Both the position numbers and the translations under genes were made by a program. DNA of 64,000 bases from Escherichia phage vB-Eco-KMB39. The DNA lies in sequence record OR539219.1, one strand, 5' to 3'. The notes beneath the pieces are model-generated. The model did no database searches, was not told where the DNA came from, and was given only the letters and a program-made list of their open reading frames with translations. This document shows positions 19,584 to 29,701 of this stretch, one piece after another (positions within the stretch are counted from its first letter, which is position 1; each line of letters opens with the position of its first letter).

Positions 19584-20739
19584 TTAACTGATCTAGGTCA
19601 GTTTCTAAATCAGCTGCTGATTTGTTTTTACTTTCTGGAGATTTAAATTTTTCAACCTTTGAGTTAATCAATTCATCAACTTCAGCTTCAACAATTTCAT
19701 TACTATCAATAGCACCTAACTGATAAGCACGTTTAATAGCATCTCGGAATGGTTGATGCTTAAATAAAGGACCCCAGAATGTAGTGCAGTTGGTATCTTT
19801 TGCACGCCAAGATTTTTCTTCGCGAATCATCTCGCCTGTTTCTTCGTCAAGAAATTCACGAGCATACCAGCCATTTTTAGGTTTTACTACAAATCCTAAT
19901 TCAAGAGCCATATCTAACAATCCAGAATAAGGATCGATACCACCGTCAAATTTAACATCAATAAAGAATTTACTTTTTTCTTTAACGGTACGAGATTTTT
20001 CTACATTTAGAACAAATTGATACCCCTGAAGATCAGAACCATCTTTAATCTGACGCTTACCGATAATGAATACAGTATCAGCCGAATACATTACGCCTGT
20101 ACCACCTGTCATCACGGTTTTACTAAACATTTCAATTGTTTCAATTGTATGGTTAACCGCAACACACGGAATATTTTTAATACTAAAATAAGGAGTAACA
20201 ATACGGAATAATGACTTCAGTGATTTAGCACGAGTCATATCTGCCACAGATTTTTCATTCAAGGCATCTTCCGTTTCTTTCTTAGAAGCCATATTACCGA
20301 TTGAGTCGATGAATACAATAACCTTTTCACCGCGCTCAATAGCTTCAAGCTGATTCACCATATCAATTTTCAGTTGTTCAACTGACTGGATTGGTGTATG
20401 AATTACTCGTTCCGGGTCAACTCCCATGGATCGCAAATAAGCTGGAGTAATACCAAATTCGCTATCATAAAATAGACAAACCGCGTCAGGATATTTGTTC
20501 AAATACGCCGCAACCATAGTCAAAGACATATTTGATTTAAAGTGTTTAGAAGGACCTGCAAAAATGGTTAAACCAGACTGCATACCGCCATCAATCGCAC
20601 CAGAAATAGCAATATTAAGCATTGGGATTTTTGTACGAATTACATCCTTTTCATTAAAGAATTTAGATGTAGTCAGTTCAGCAGTCATTTTAGAAGTGGA
20701 AGCTTTAATCAAACGGGATTTTAAATCTGCAATAGACAT
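19558..20739 (-). CDS. uvsX: UvsX recombinase (RecA-like)
   Basis: 393 aa (T4 UvsX 391); RecA-fold ATPase motifs. Confidence 0.9.
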   Translation of the reverse strand: MSIADLKSRLIKASTSKMTAELTTSKFFNEKDVIRTKIPMLNIAISGAIDGGMQSGLTIFAGPSKHFKSNMSLTMVAAYLNKYPDAVCLFYDSEFGITPAYLRSMGVDPERVIHTPIQSVEQLKIDMVNQLEAIERGEKVIVFIDSIGNMASKKETEDALNEKSVADMTRAKSLKSLFRIVTPYFSIKNIPCVAVNHTIETIEMFSKTVMTGGTGVMYSADTVFIIGKRQIKDGSDLQGYQFVLNVEKSRTVKEKSKFFIDVKFDGGIDPYSGLLDMALELGFVVKPKNGWYAREFLDEETGEMIREEKSWRAKDTNCTTFWGPLFKHQPFRDAIKRAYQLGAIDSNEIVEAEVDELINSKVEKFKSPESKNKSAADLETDLDQLSDMEEFNE

Positions 20740-20816
20740 TCATTTTTTCCATAGGCATCATTATATTTTCCTCACTGGTTAAAGATAGGGTAATTATAAC
20801 ACAATAAATTTAGGCA

Positions 20817-21665
20817 TTAATCAACTGCTATTGGATGAATAGCATTAAACTTATGAAACGCTTCTGATTTTTCTTTGCGCGAAACACACATGCGAAGAAC
20901 CTTTAATGGCTCGTCTTCTTCACCCAACGATTTTCTCTTTTCAATATTAGAAGTTTTCCAACGAGCTTGCTCTGGAAATTCTTTATTGATTTGCTCAAGC
21001 GCTCTATTATGTTTAGAATTACTACGAATTGAGCTGCATCCACCAGGAGCTTGTGCTTTTCCGGATACAACCAGATATTTGAACAAGGCCAAATGCGGAT
21101 AACCTTGATTAATTAAATTGAGAAATGCATACATATCTTCGCATAAATCAATTTTTCCATACCCAATTTGTTCTGTCGTAAGTTTTCCAAGGTCATACCA
21201 TGTATTCGTGAATCCATATGAATTTTCACGATAATTACCCCAAGATGAAGTAATTTTAAAAATTGGTAGACGAGCATGGCCATGATAATACCCGCAATCC
21301 ATGGCATCTTCAACATATTGAATCAATTCATAGAACTGTTCACGGGTTAACTGATTAATTTTATCTACGCAGCGACGATCATCTTTCTTTCGCATTGAAC
21401 TCATACGAATAGTAGTATCATCATCGATCATCCAAATTCGCTGACCTGCATACATATCAGTAATCGCTTTACGAGTACCAGCAATTCCATTGACATCATC
21501 AGGAATAGTTATAATTTTAGCTCTAGACCCGTAAGCGTCATAATAAGCTTTTTCTTCATGTTCACGTACTACAATATGTGGTTCATAATCAGATGGAAAC
21601 ATATCAAGGGCAGAAACTGCCCCTACACGTTGATAGCTTGGAATTACGAATTGAATCATTTCCAC
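20817..21665 (-). CDS. putative glycosyltransferase, GT-A-like fold (DxD), at the beta-gt locus
   Basis: 282 aa; motif RIWMIDDDTTI; lies between uvsX and 42 where T4 has 351-aa beta-gt. Confidence 0.5.
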   Translation of the reverse strand: MEMIQFVIPSYQRVGAVSALDMFPSDYEPHIVVREHEEKAYYDAYGSRAKIITIPDDVNGIAGTRKAITDMYAGQRIWMIDDDTTIRMSSMRKKDDRRCVDKINQLTREQFYELIQYVEDAMDCGYYHGHARLPIFKITSSWGNYRENSYGFTNTWYDLGKLTTEQIGYGKIDLCEDMYAFLNLINQGYPHLALFKYLVVSGKAQAPGGCSSIRSNSKHNRALEQINKEFPEQARWKTSNIEKRKSLGEEDEPLKVLRMCVSRKEKSEAFHKFNAIHPIAVD

Positions 21666-22396
21666 TCACCATTATAATCTTTTTTCGCAATATGAGTTTC
21701 GCCAGTTTTCCACCAATGGTCAACCAAATAAAAATGACGAGAATACACATGAAGGCTTCCAACATTCCATATAATGGAACCTGCTTTATACTGACGAGTT
21801 GAATCACCTGCATTCAAATCAGATACTAATTTATCTAGTACGTATTTTTGCCATGCATAATCATTACGGAATCCAAAGACCACGTCATTTGAACGCATGC
21901 TTACTACTGCATTGACTTTCTTATCACGAATCAGGTACTGTACTGTATTCGTACACATGAAATCTGACATACCATCTTTATTGTAGTCAAACTGCATAGA
22001 TGGACGAGTATAAATCATGATACCACGTCGAGAATCAGGATTTTGACCAAGTTCAGATAAACACATATCATACTGAGCATAGTTATCTTCTGACCAGATG
22101 GCCCAACCATAATTCGAGTTAATTTCACCTTTAGAAGATGCTACCTGTTGCCAAATCTTTGGCGTTTCGCCTGGAATATCTTTAACAAACAAACTTTTAG
22201 ATTTATACCATTCAAGTTCACGTTGAATGTATTCATCATTAAGAGCACCAAAAATAAAAGGTTCATCTGCTACAAATGATGCGCCAATAATTTCAATAGT
22301 TTTAACACCAGTTTTATCAACTACGAAATCTTTTTCCTTTAATGCAAGCCCCAAATGAAGACGGATTTCTTCAACTGTCATAGAGTCACTAATCAT
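21656..22396 (-). CDS. 42: dCMP hydroxymethylase
   Basis: 246 aa equals T4 gp42; thymidylate-synthase-like fold. Confidence 0.9.
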   Translation of the reverse strand: MISDSMTVEEIRLHLGLALKEKDFVVDKTGVKTIEIIGASFVADEPFIFGALNDEYIQRELEWYKSKSLFVKDIPGETPKIWQQVASSKGEINSNYGWAIWSEDNYAQYDMCLSELGQNPDSRRGIMIYTRPSMQFDYNKDGMSDFMCTNTVQYLIRDKKVNAVVSMRSNDVVFGFRNDYAWQKYVLDKLVSDLNAGDSTRQYKAGSIIWNVGSLHVYSRHFYLVDHWWKTGETHIAKKDYNGEWK

Positions 22397-22403
22397 TTAA
22401 ACC

Positions 22404-22553
22404 TCAATTGATACATTCATATTTAACTTGTAACAGTAATAAACCCCAACCTAAAATAATAGTTGGAATCATAAGAGGAACTGCTACGCTATAGTATATA
22501 CTTATTATAATCATCAAGATTAAAAGCAATGCTGCTATAATTTTGCTTTTCAT
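22404..22553 (-). CDS. small membrane protein (imm.1 position)
   Basis: 49 aa hydrophobic ORF read by eye; ATG overlaps imm stop. Confidence 0.3.
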   Translation of the reverse strand: MKSKIIAALLLILMIIISIYYSVAVPLMIPTIILGWGLLLLQVKYECIN

Positions 22554-22801
22554 TCCTTCTCTCTGATGATAATTACTTGATTTGGTTGTGCAGACTTTTT
22601 AGTTTCACCCGCAATTGACCAAATAAATGTAATAAACCAACCAATGATTGACCAGTTAAACAGTAAAGATGTGAAAAAGATTCCTACTGTCGATTTTGAC
22701 CCACGCATCAAGGCGATAAACCATGGAAGCATGTATATAATAATAGCCAACACACCTGAAACTAAAACCATAAAAATTGAACCTGCTACTAAAGTTTCCA
22801 T
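22550..22801 (-). CDS. imm: immunity protein Imm (superinfection exclusion)
   Basis: 83 aa equals T4 Imm; two TM helices. Confidence 0.7.
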   Translation of the reverse strand: METLVAGSIFMVLVSGVLAIIIYMLPWFIALMRGSKSTVGIFFTSLLFNWSIIGWFITFIWSIAGETKKSAQPNQVIIIREKE

Positions 22802-22808
22802 CTTTTCC

Positions 22809-23189
22809 TCACTTAGTCAAATTTTTTACACATGAATTATAAGAATTTACTATATACTCCATCGGAGCATTTTTACCAGTACGCCATTGATAATTATTAG
22901 CCCAATTTGCCCAAAGTTCAGCGCAGTAGTTTTCAATTTTTTCTTCGCGTGTAATTACATCTGAATTACGATATGCTTGGGCAGATTCATCTGGACGAAT
23001 AGCTTCGTCAAAATTCGCCTGCATTTGTTCTACTGTCTGTTTTGGAGCTTCTTTATAACACTTGACATTAGGATTATAAAACTTGCTTGAACAGTTTACA
23101 ATTTTTCCTACATCAGACTGATTTACTACCGGTCCTTGAGCTACACAACCAGTAAGACCTAATGCAATAACCAAAATAGCGATTTTCAT
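22809..23189 (-). CDS. putative lipoprotein
   Basis: 126 aa from internal Met MKIAILVIALGLTGC (lipobox); track ORF extends through promoter and gp43 terminator. Confidence 0.5.
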   Translation of the reverse strand: MKIAILVIALGLTGCVAQGPVVNQSDVGKIVNCSSKFYNPNVKCYKEAPKQTVEQMQANFDEAIRPDESAQAYRNSDVITREEKIENYCAELWANWANNYQWRTGKNAPMEYIVNSYNSCVKNLTK

Positions 23190-23194
23190 TTCAT

Positions 23195-23260
23195 TCTCCA
23201 AATCTGTATCAGTAGTTGATAGTTGTATAGTACCATGGAAAAACGGGGATGTAAACCATT
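23195..23260 (-). promoter_or_regulatory. promoter-leader cassette copy R2
   Basis: minus strand GTTTACA - 17 - tggTACTATacaactatcaactactgatacagatttggagaatgaaATG. Confidence 0.55.
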
Positions 23261-23340
23261 TTGTGAAAAAATTTTTAATGAATTCCAGAGGTCCAGAATC
23301 ACCTATTTTTCCTAAGTATAGATTTATATTACTTGTATGA

Positions 23341-23360
23341 AAAAGGGACCCGGAGGTCCC
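23341..23360 (-). terminator. intrinsic terminator after gene 43
   Basis: minus strand GGGACC-UCCG-GGUCCC followed by UUUU. Confidence 0.65.
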
Positions 23361-23373
23361 TAGATTTATTCTA

Positions 23374-26070
23374 TCAGCCAAACAGGAAGTCTAACGAAGC
23401 TTTTTCTTCATAGTCCATACCAGCCGATTCACACATACCCGCAAGCGGTTTAACAAACGATTTTTGGAACAAAGTTGAGTAGTCAATCCAAGATAGTACA
23501 TCAGAACGAATTTCTTTTGGAAGTTCTGTACCTGATGGCCAAGCAATACACTTGTCACCAAATGGATTTCCTTCACGTAATGGAAGAACCATTACCTTAT
23601 TTCCATCCAAAATTGGAGCTACACCCAGACCACTAACAGCTCGACGATAAGTTAGCACACCACGAATATGGAACGGACATTTAAATCCTGGCCAACCTTT
23701 ATCATCATATTTCGCTATATCATTCGCAGTTTTTACTTCAGCAATAACTTTATAGTCAAGTTGACGATATTCTTTCTCGAAGTTTTTGTAATATTCTTGG
23801 ACAGACTCTTCACCTTCCTGAAGAATACGACGAATACTTTCTTCGAGAGCTTCTTGTACCGCCTTTGGTGTTGAACTCTGCTGAGTTTCCATACCCATGA
23901 TTTTTAGATGCGGTTCAGCAAATCGCTTATCTTCCATATCATAAACGTTCAGAGCATAACGCTTTTTCGCTTTCCAAAATCCACCAACGCCCTTTGAACC
24001 AAGCGGAGGGCAAGAAATAGCTTCACGGTCCATATGCATCAGATGCTCGCGGTTATTCATATAATCACATAACTCACGATATGCAACATCAATCATAGGT
24101 TCCATCTTTTTCTTACCAAACTGATTCATAAATTCAACTAAATCGTTCTGCTCTTTGAATCGGTCAAGACCAACTTTTTCAATAACTTTATCTACACAAA
24201 CATATACCGAATCAGTATCACCTGCTGCGATGAAATCTTCACCATTAGTTCCGCATACTTTATTCAGATATTCATTAATTTTACGAGCAATCCACTGAAT
24301 ACCGACTTGGCCGAAAATTGTGATAGCAGTAGCATTTCGCAAATCATAGTAACGGAAATGAATATTACCAAGAGCACCATAAAGACTGTTAATGAGAATT
24401 TTACGGTTCAGCTGATTTGTGTTAGCAAGTGTAGCTGCTTTTTCACATTCCTCGATCAGACTATTGAGAACAGATTCAGTATAATTCGGTAGTTCATTTA
24501 AGAAATCATCACTGAACTTAACATATCGTTCAACTTCTGGTTTAGTTGAACAAGACCCTGCGCCTTTCATAATAATCTTTTTAATAGCTTCGGCATTCAT
24601 TTCTTCAGCGAACATTTTCTTTTTCCAGTCTTTACGCTGGAAAAATACTTTAGCGATTTCCTTTGGAATGATACCTTCTTGATGCTTATCATACATCCAT
24701 CCATTCGGAGAACAAGAATATTCATCACTCGGTTTAGGAGCTGTTCCTGCGATATATTCATGAATTGGATGAACTTTGAACTGACCACGAATAGTTTCAG
24801 GACTAATGTTAACCTGACGAATAATGCTAGGATACAGAGACGTCAAGTCAAAACTCATAATATATCGACGAGCAATCGGTTTAGGTTCAAACACAAATGC
24901 ACCCGGAAAACTCTGTTTAACGTGCGAACCTTGTTGAGGAATAATCTTGTGTTCACCTTTCAACGAGTTAAAAATAATAGCATCCCAAGTTTTAATAGGA
25001 CTCATTACACCAGAAAAAGGCATTTTAGCGTAATAAGACATACTTAAAACTAGATCGATAAACCCGCGAATTTTATCAATTGCTTGAACTGATTCTACGT
25101 CAATAATATTATAACTAATGTATCGTTGATGATTAGTCTCACGAAGTTTATTAATAGGACCATCATATGGTAATTTACCTTTTTTGGTTTCATGTTGAGC
25201 AACTGATTCCAAAGAGAATGATGGCAAATTAGTAAATGCGAATTTCTTGTACAAATCTAAATAATCAAGAATAGATACGCCATCAATAGAATAAATTTCT
25301 TTGCTACCGTACATATTTTGAATTAGTTTAGATTTTACTCGACCGATTGGAGAGAAGCGTTTCATACTACGTTCACCGAGAACCATTTTAACACGATTCA
25401 TGATATACGGAACGTCAAATCCCTCAATATTCCAACCGGTAAAAATAGCAGGTCGTTTCTGTTCCCAGAGATTAATATATTCCATGAGCATATCACGCTC
25501 ATTATCAAATGGCATATAAATTACTCGGTCAAGAATTTCTTGAGGAACTTCATCACCACCTTCACAGTCAAGTTTAGCAGCTAACTTTGCATCCCATTTT
25601 GATACTGAACCGTACATTGAATTCAACAAATCAAAGACGTAAAAACGGTCGTCAATTGAATCATAATGAGTGATAGCATCAATTTCATATTCTGCTTTCA
25701 TTGGGTCAGGAAATTTATCACCAGTAACCTCAATGTCACAGTTAGCTACACGAACAAATTTTCGGTCATAAACAATTTCTGAACCATATGTATCACTGAT
25801 ATAAGCGAGTTTAAAATCGTTCATACCAAGAGCTTCGAGACCGATGTCTTCCATTCGCTTCATCCAATCTCGTGCATCTTTCATTGATGGAAATTTTTGA
25901 GGAGCACAGTTTTTACCGTAAATGTCTTTGTACTTTGACTCTTCCTTACAATGCCTAAACATAGTCGGAAGATATTCTACTTCGCGAGTACGTTCCTTTC
26001 CATTTTCATCAATATAACGTTCAACAATATTATTTCCGACTGTTTCGATAGAGATATAAAATTCTTTCAT
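23374..26070 (-). CDS. 43: DNA polymerase (family B)
   Basis: 898 aa equals T4 gp43; exonuclease and polymerase motifs. Confidence 0.95.
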   Translation of the reverse strand: MKEFYISIETVGNNIVERYIDENGKERTREVEYLPTMFRHCKEESKYKDIYGKNCAPQKFPSMKDARDWMKRMEDIGLEALGMNDFKLAYISDTYGSEIVYDRKFVRVANCDIEVTGDKFPDPMKAEYEIDAITHYDSIDDRFYVFDLLNSMYGSVSKWDAKLAAKLDCEGGDEVPQEILDRVIYMPFDNERDMLMEYINLWEQKRPAIFTGWNIEGFDVPYIMNRVKMVLGERSMKRFSPIGRVKSKLIQNMYGSKEIYSIDGVSILDYLDLYKKFAFTNLPSFSLESVAQHETKKGKLPYDGPINKLRETNHQRYISYNIIDVESVQAIDKIRGFIDLVLSMSYYAKMPFSGVMSPIKTWDAIIFNSLKGEHKIIPQQGSHVKQSFPGAFVFEPKPIARRYIMSFDLTSLYPSIIRQVNISPETIRGQFKVHPIHEYIAGTAPKPSDEYSCSPNGWMYDKHQEGIIPKEIAKVFFQRKDWKKKMFAEEMNAEAIKKIIMKGAGSCSTKPEVERYVKFSDDFLNELPNYTESVLNSLIEECEKAATLANTNQLNRKILINSLYGALGNIHFRYYDLRNATAITIFGQVGIQWIARKINEYLNKVCGTNGEDFIAAGDTDSVYVCVDKVIEKVGLDRFKEQNDLVEFMNQFGKKKMEPMIDVAYRELCDYMNNREHLMHMDREAISCPPLGSKGVGGFWKAKKRYALNVYDMEDKRFAEPHLKIMGMETQQSSTPKAVQEALEESIRRILQEGEESVQEYYKNFEKEYRQLDYKVIAEVKTANDIAKYDDKGWPGFKCPFHIRGVLTYRRAVSGLGVAPILDGNKVMVLPLREGNPFGDKCIAWPSGTELPKEIRSDVLSWIDYSTLFQKSFVKPLAGMCESAGMDYEEKASLDFLFG

Positions 26071-26131
26071 AGATATTCCTTAGTTTATAGCCCGAGTTAT
26101 TAGGCTCTTGATATATTATACTCCAAATAAG

Positions 26132-26150
26132 GGGCCGAAGCCCCTTGCTT
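26132..26150 (-). terminator. UUCG hairpin upstream of gene 43
   Basis: minus strand GGGGC-UUCG-GCCCC then UUAUUU. Confidence 0.45.
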
Positions 26151-26412
26151 AAATTAATACCATTTGTCGGTGAAAAATTGTTAATCCATCTGCATTAATT
26201 GACTTAACTACTGCGGTAAAGTGTTTTTGTTCTGGGTGAACTAATTTTTGAAATTCTATCTGAAATTTTAGTTGGAGGTTTTCTGGTAAATCAAAAAGTG
26301 TTTCTGTTGCAGAAAGATTATATTTTTCTTTAAGAGACGCCATGTATTCTTGCGGAGTTATAGCAGTCATATTAATTACCAATCGTGTATTTAGGAACGA
26401 GTTTCCATTCAT
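26149..26412 (-). CDS. hypothetical small protein between 43 and regA (uncertain)
   Basis: 87 aa track ORF overlapping regA 3' end by about 40 nt; may start at an internal Met or be non-coding. Confidence 0.25.
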   Translation of the reverse strand: MNGNSFLNTRLVINMTAITPQEYMASLKEKYNLSATETLFDLPENLQLKFQIEFQKLVHPEQKHFTAVVKSINADGLTIFHRQMVLI

Positions 26413-26740
26413 GTTTTTGTTTAAAGGAAATAACTCGGAAATTATTAGTTAAATCTTTCATAAAAGTTCTTTGACCGGGAGCGATTTCAATCAGCCCCCA
26501 ATCTTCTAACAGCCATGCGATTGAATCACGACGAACTTCATCTTCTTCTGTCATTTCAACCTGGCGACCATCCATACGAAGCATTTCTTTAAAATGAACG
26601 ATATAGTATAGTCCTTTTTTCTGGAGAATATGACAGGATTGATACAGAACTTTATCTTTATTATTAGCAATTCCCATACGAGTCAAAGTTTCTTTTACTT
26701 TCAGAAAATCTTCAGGTTTTTTAAGAGTAATTTCAATCAT
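26372..26740 (-). CDS. regA: translational repressor RegA
   Basis: 122 aa equals T4 RegA; position between 62 and 43. Confidence 0.75.
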   Translation of the reverse strand: MIEITLKKPEDFLKVKETLTRMGIANNKDKVLYQSCHILQKKGLYYIVHFKEMLRMDGRQVEMTEEDEVRRDSIAWLLEDWGLIEIAPGQRTFMKDLTNNFRVISFKQKHEWKLVPKYTIGN

Positions 26741-26741
26741 T

Positions 26742-27305
26742 TTACCATTCCAATGCTAGTTTTTTGAGTTGTTTCTGTTCTTTTACGTTCTTAGTCACTT
26801 CTTTCAAAAAATCATCCGTGACTAAACCTTTTAGTTCTTTTAATACTAAAGAAAGTTTTCCATTTTTAGTAAGAATTGATTTATAGTTAATTGCATCATT
26901 TGTATTAACTTGATACCGCTTAGCAAGTAACTTAATAATCAATACTTCGGTAGAATCTTCAACCAGTTTTGCCCATTTACCATATCTTTTACCCCGAGGA
27001 ACAGCAGCCATCAGATAATTAAAATGGGCTTCATCGCTTAAACCTGATCCAATTAAATTCATAGCATATACAGCTGGCATGCACTCCGGAAATTGTGATA
27101 ATGCATTCTCAACCATGTATTTTGAATAATCTTTTTGAGCAATAGAGCATTTAGTTTTATTATTGATAGCCCCAATTATTTCAAAAAATTCATTTTCAGC
27201 TTTTTCTTTAAAAGAATCAGCAGCAGATTGGACAGCTGTCCAATCTTTTGAATACCAAGCAACTTGATGCTCGTTTAATTGAATATCATCTTCAAATAAG
27301 CTCAT
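26742..27305 (-). CDS. 62: clamp loader small subunit
   Basis: 187 aa equals T4 gp62. Confidence 0.8.
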   Translation of the reverse strand: MSLFEDDIQLNEHQVAWYSKDWTAVQSAADSFKEKAENEFFEIIGAINNKTKCSIAQKDYSKYMVENALSQFPECMPAVYAMNLIGSGLSDEAHFNYLMAAVPRGKRYGKWAKLVEDSTEVLIIKLLAKRYQVNTNDAINYKSILTKNGKLSLVLKELKGLVTDDFLKEVTKNVKEQKQLKKLALEW

Positions 27306-27306
27306 A

Positions 27307-28281
27307 TCACTTCCACTGCATTTCGCATGCCAATTGAATGAAAAGATATGCTAAATGTAATTCCGTATTAGCCGCAATTCCATGATACTGGTTATTTTCA
27401 CCAACAATTTCATACATACGAATAATACTTTGCGGAGTTACACGTGAATAAATTTCTTCGGCAAGTTTACCTACGAACCACGAATAATCAGCTGCATATT
27501 TTGGCGCTAAAGCTCTGAGCTGTTTAACATCTTTATTTTTGAGAGATTCAAGAACATCATCAATAGCACCACGATCGTTAGTAACCAGTGATAAAATACC
27601 AGCATCCAAAACACCTTTAGATGAATAACTATCGAGCTCACCAATAGTTTTACGAAAATCAGGAAAATTCTTTTTAACCAAAGCTGCTACAACTTTCATA
27701 TCAGCTATAGCAATTCCTTCACGCTTACAGATTTCAGTCAATCGACGAATCATCTGCTTCATCATTTCAATTTTATCTTCATCGGTTGGTTGACCGAATG
27801 TAATAACTCGGCAGCGTGACTGAAGAGGTTTAATAATACCATCAATATTGTTAGCAGTAATAATAATACTACAGTTTGAACTATAAGCTTCCATAAAGGA
27901 ACGAAGATGTCGCTGAGACTCTGCTAATCCTGAACGGTCAAATTCATCAATAACAATTACTTTTTGACGACCATCAAATGAAGCTGCACTAGCAAAATTA
28001 GTCAAAGGACCACGAACGAAATCAATTTTACAATCTGACCCATTCACAAACATCATATCAGCATTTACATCATGACATAATGCTTTTGCTACGGTTGTTT
28101 TACCTGTTCCTGGAGAAGGAGAATGAAGAATAATATGTGGAATCTTACCTTTACTTGTAATAGATTTAAAGGTTTCTTTATCAAAGGCGGGAAGAATACA
28201 TTCATCGATAGTAGATGGACGATATTTCTGTTCAAGAATGTGTTCTTTTTCATTTACAGTAATCATAATTTCCTCATTCAA
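27307..28281 (-). CDS. 44: clamp loader ATPase subunit
   Basis: 324 aa; Walker A SPGTGKTT; AAA+ clamp-loader motifs. Confidence 0.9.
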   Translation of the reverse strand: MNEEIMITVNEKEHILEQKYRPSTIDECILPAFDKETFKSITSKGKIPHIILHSPSPGTGKTTVAKALCHDVNADMMFVNGSDCKIDFVRGPLTNFASAASFDGRQKVIVIDEFDRSGLAESQRHLRSFMEAYSSNCSIIITANNIDGIIKPLQSRCRVITFGQPTDEDKIEMMKQMIRRLTEICKREGIAIADMKVVAALVKKNFPDFRKTIGELDSYSSKGVLDAGILSLVTNDRGAIDDVLESLKNKDVKQLRALAPKYAADYSWFVGKLAEEIYSRVTPQSIIRMYEIVGENNQYHGIAANTELHLAYLFIQLACEMQWK

Positions 28282-28295
28282 GTTTTAGTGTAAAT

Positions 28296-28316
28296 TATAA
28301 AGGGCCGAAGCCCTTT
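28296..28316 (-). terminator. UUCG hairpin between genes 45 and 44
   Basis: minus strand AAAGGGC-UUCG-GCCCUUU then AUAAUUU. Confidence 0.5.
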
Positions 28317-28317
28317 A

Positions 28318-29004
28318 TTAAAAATCGTGAGTAGAATCAGCTTCAAGAGCTACTACATAATTCGCATGTTCACCTTCAAATTTAGCAGCACCTTGTTTAC
28401 CTTTTGCCCAGAGCAGAAGTTTATAATTTCCTGGTTGCATTTTCATATTTGCCATATTGATAATGAAATTAAATGTATTTTCACCATCATAATCACCAAG
28501 AGTCAAAGAATATTTAACACGAGTCAAAGCAGAATCTTCTACTTTATTAAAACCGTTAATTACGATTTTACCTTCTTTTACTGTGATAGCAATTGTATCA
28601 ATCTGCAGACCGCGAGATACACGCAACAGCTGTTGAAGGTCTTCAGCTTTAATTTCAGTAACAACAGATGCTACCGGGAATGGAATTGGTTTATTAGGAG
28701 CAACTACTGTACTCGGATCGGCTGCTGGCCAAAAAATTGTTGAACGAGCATCAGCAATTTTAATATTACCATCTTCTGACTGGGAAATTTCTGCATCATC
28801 ATTAACTAGAGACAGAATACCGAGAAAACCGTTCAAATCGTAAATTGCTACATCAAAATCAATAGTGTCAGAAATATTTGCTTCCGCATAAGTTGTACCA
28901 TTAACCGCGCGAGTCATAATAAATTGACCGGATTTAAGCATAATACCAGAGTTAATAGTAGCGAAATTTTTAAGCAGAGCAGTAGTATCTTTAGACAGTT
29001 TCAT
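28318..29004 (-). CDS. 45: sliding clamp
   Basis: 228 aa equals T4 gp45. Confidence 0.9.
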   Translation of the reverse strand: MKLSKDTTALLKNFATINSGIMLKSGQFIMTRAVNGTTYAEANISDTIDFDVAIYDLNGFLGILSLVNDDAEISQSEDGNIKIADARSTIFWPAADPSTVVAPNKPIPFPVASVVTEIKAEDLQQLLRVSRGLQIDTIAITVKEGKIVINGFNKVEDSALTRVKYSLTLGDYDGENTFNFIINMANMKMQPGNYKLLLWAKGKQGAAKFEGEHANYVVALEADSTHDF

Positions 29005-29030
29005 GTAATTTCCTTCAATTCAAATGAGAT

Positions 29031-29060
29031 TTAATTTTATAACTAATTTAATAAAGCAAT
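29031..29060 (-). promoter_or_regulatory. candidate MotA-dependent middle promoter upstream of gene 45
   Basis: minus strand aaTTGCTTTA (MotA-box-like) followed about 10 nt later by TATAAAAT. Confidence 0.4.
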
Positions 29061-29449
29061 TAACGATTAAAATCAGCAGCAATTGTTTCCGCAACAATTT
29101 GAGCAGCAACAATTAGACGTTCATCTGCATTACCGCAATAATCATCTTCAAGGCGTTCACCACATGAAGTCATAATAAATTTAGCACCAGCATTTAGAGA
29201 TTCTGTCGTATGTTTGCGCATTAGTTCAATCCATTTATCACTCACTTCACGATCGATAGCTTCATAATACGCATGACGAGCAGGTGCAGATTTAATTTTG
29301 TTCTGAATAACTTCCATTGCGTTATCAGAAAGAGACAAAACCCATGCTCGACGAATTTTATTTTGGTTTTGCGGATTTGATTCAGAACGCACGTGTTTTG
29401 GCTGAATATCTTTTACGTCAACAGTATAATTCACAGTAATTTTAGTCAT
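29060..29449 (-). CDS. rpbA: RNA polymerase-binding protein RpbA
   Basis: 129 aa equals T4 RpbA; position upstream of 45. Confidence 0.6.
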   Translation of the reverse strand: MTKITVNYTVDVKDIQPKHVRSESNPQNQNKIRRAWVLSLSDNAMEVIQNKIKSAPARHAYYEAIDREVSDKWIELMRKHTTESLNAGAKFIMTSCGERLEDDYCGNADERLIVAAQIVAETIAADFNR

Positions 29450-29458
29450 AATACACCT

Positions 29459-29650
29459 TTAGTCATAATAATCAGTAACAGTCCAAGCTTCATTTCTATT
29501 GGACATTATTTTCGTATATTCTGCTTTAAATGCATTCTTAAGCATAGATTCAGTAACTATATGCTCTTCATTAGAAAAATTATTTCTCAGAATATATCGT
29601 TTTATTTCAGGAATAGTTAATAGATGCTGTCCAGTTGAATATTCTGCCAC
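29459..29650 (-). CDS. hypothetical protein (45.2 position)
   Basis: 63 aa ORF. Confidence 0.4.
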   Translation of the reverse strand: MAEYSTGQHLLTIPEIKRYILRNNFSNEEHIVTESMLKNAFKAEYTKIMSNRNEAWTVTDYYD

Positions 29651-29663
29651 AATTCCTCCGTAT

Positions 29664-29671
29664 AAATATGT
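29664..29671 (+). promoter_or_regulatory. T4 late promoter upstream of the HNH endonuclease gene
   Basis: plus strand TATAAATA about 30 nt upstream of ATG at 29702. Confidence 0.6.
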
Positions 29672-29701
29672 TTATCACTCGCTGTATCAAAAGGATATGT
29701 T

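Noticed and set aside
22809-23381. Long N-terminal extensions on several track ORFs, with a recurring peptide GTIQLST (22809-23381, 48731-49318, 49723-50808, 54523-54756) and similar extension of gene 56 (14310-14921)
   Set aside because: The extensions are in-frame read-through of the promoter-leader cassette and, in one case, the gene 43 terminator hairpin; one begins with a TTG codon. True starts were set to the Met following the ribosome-binding site.
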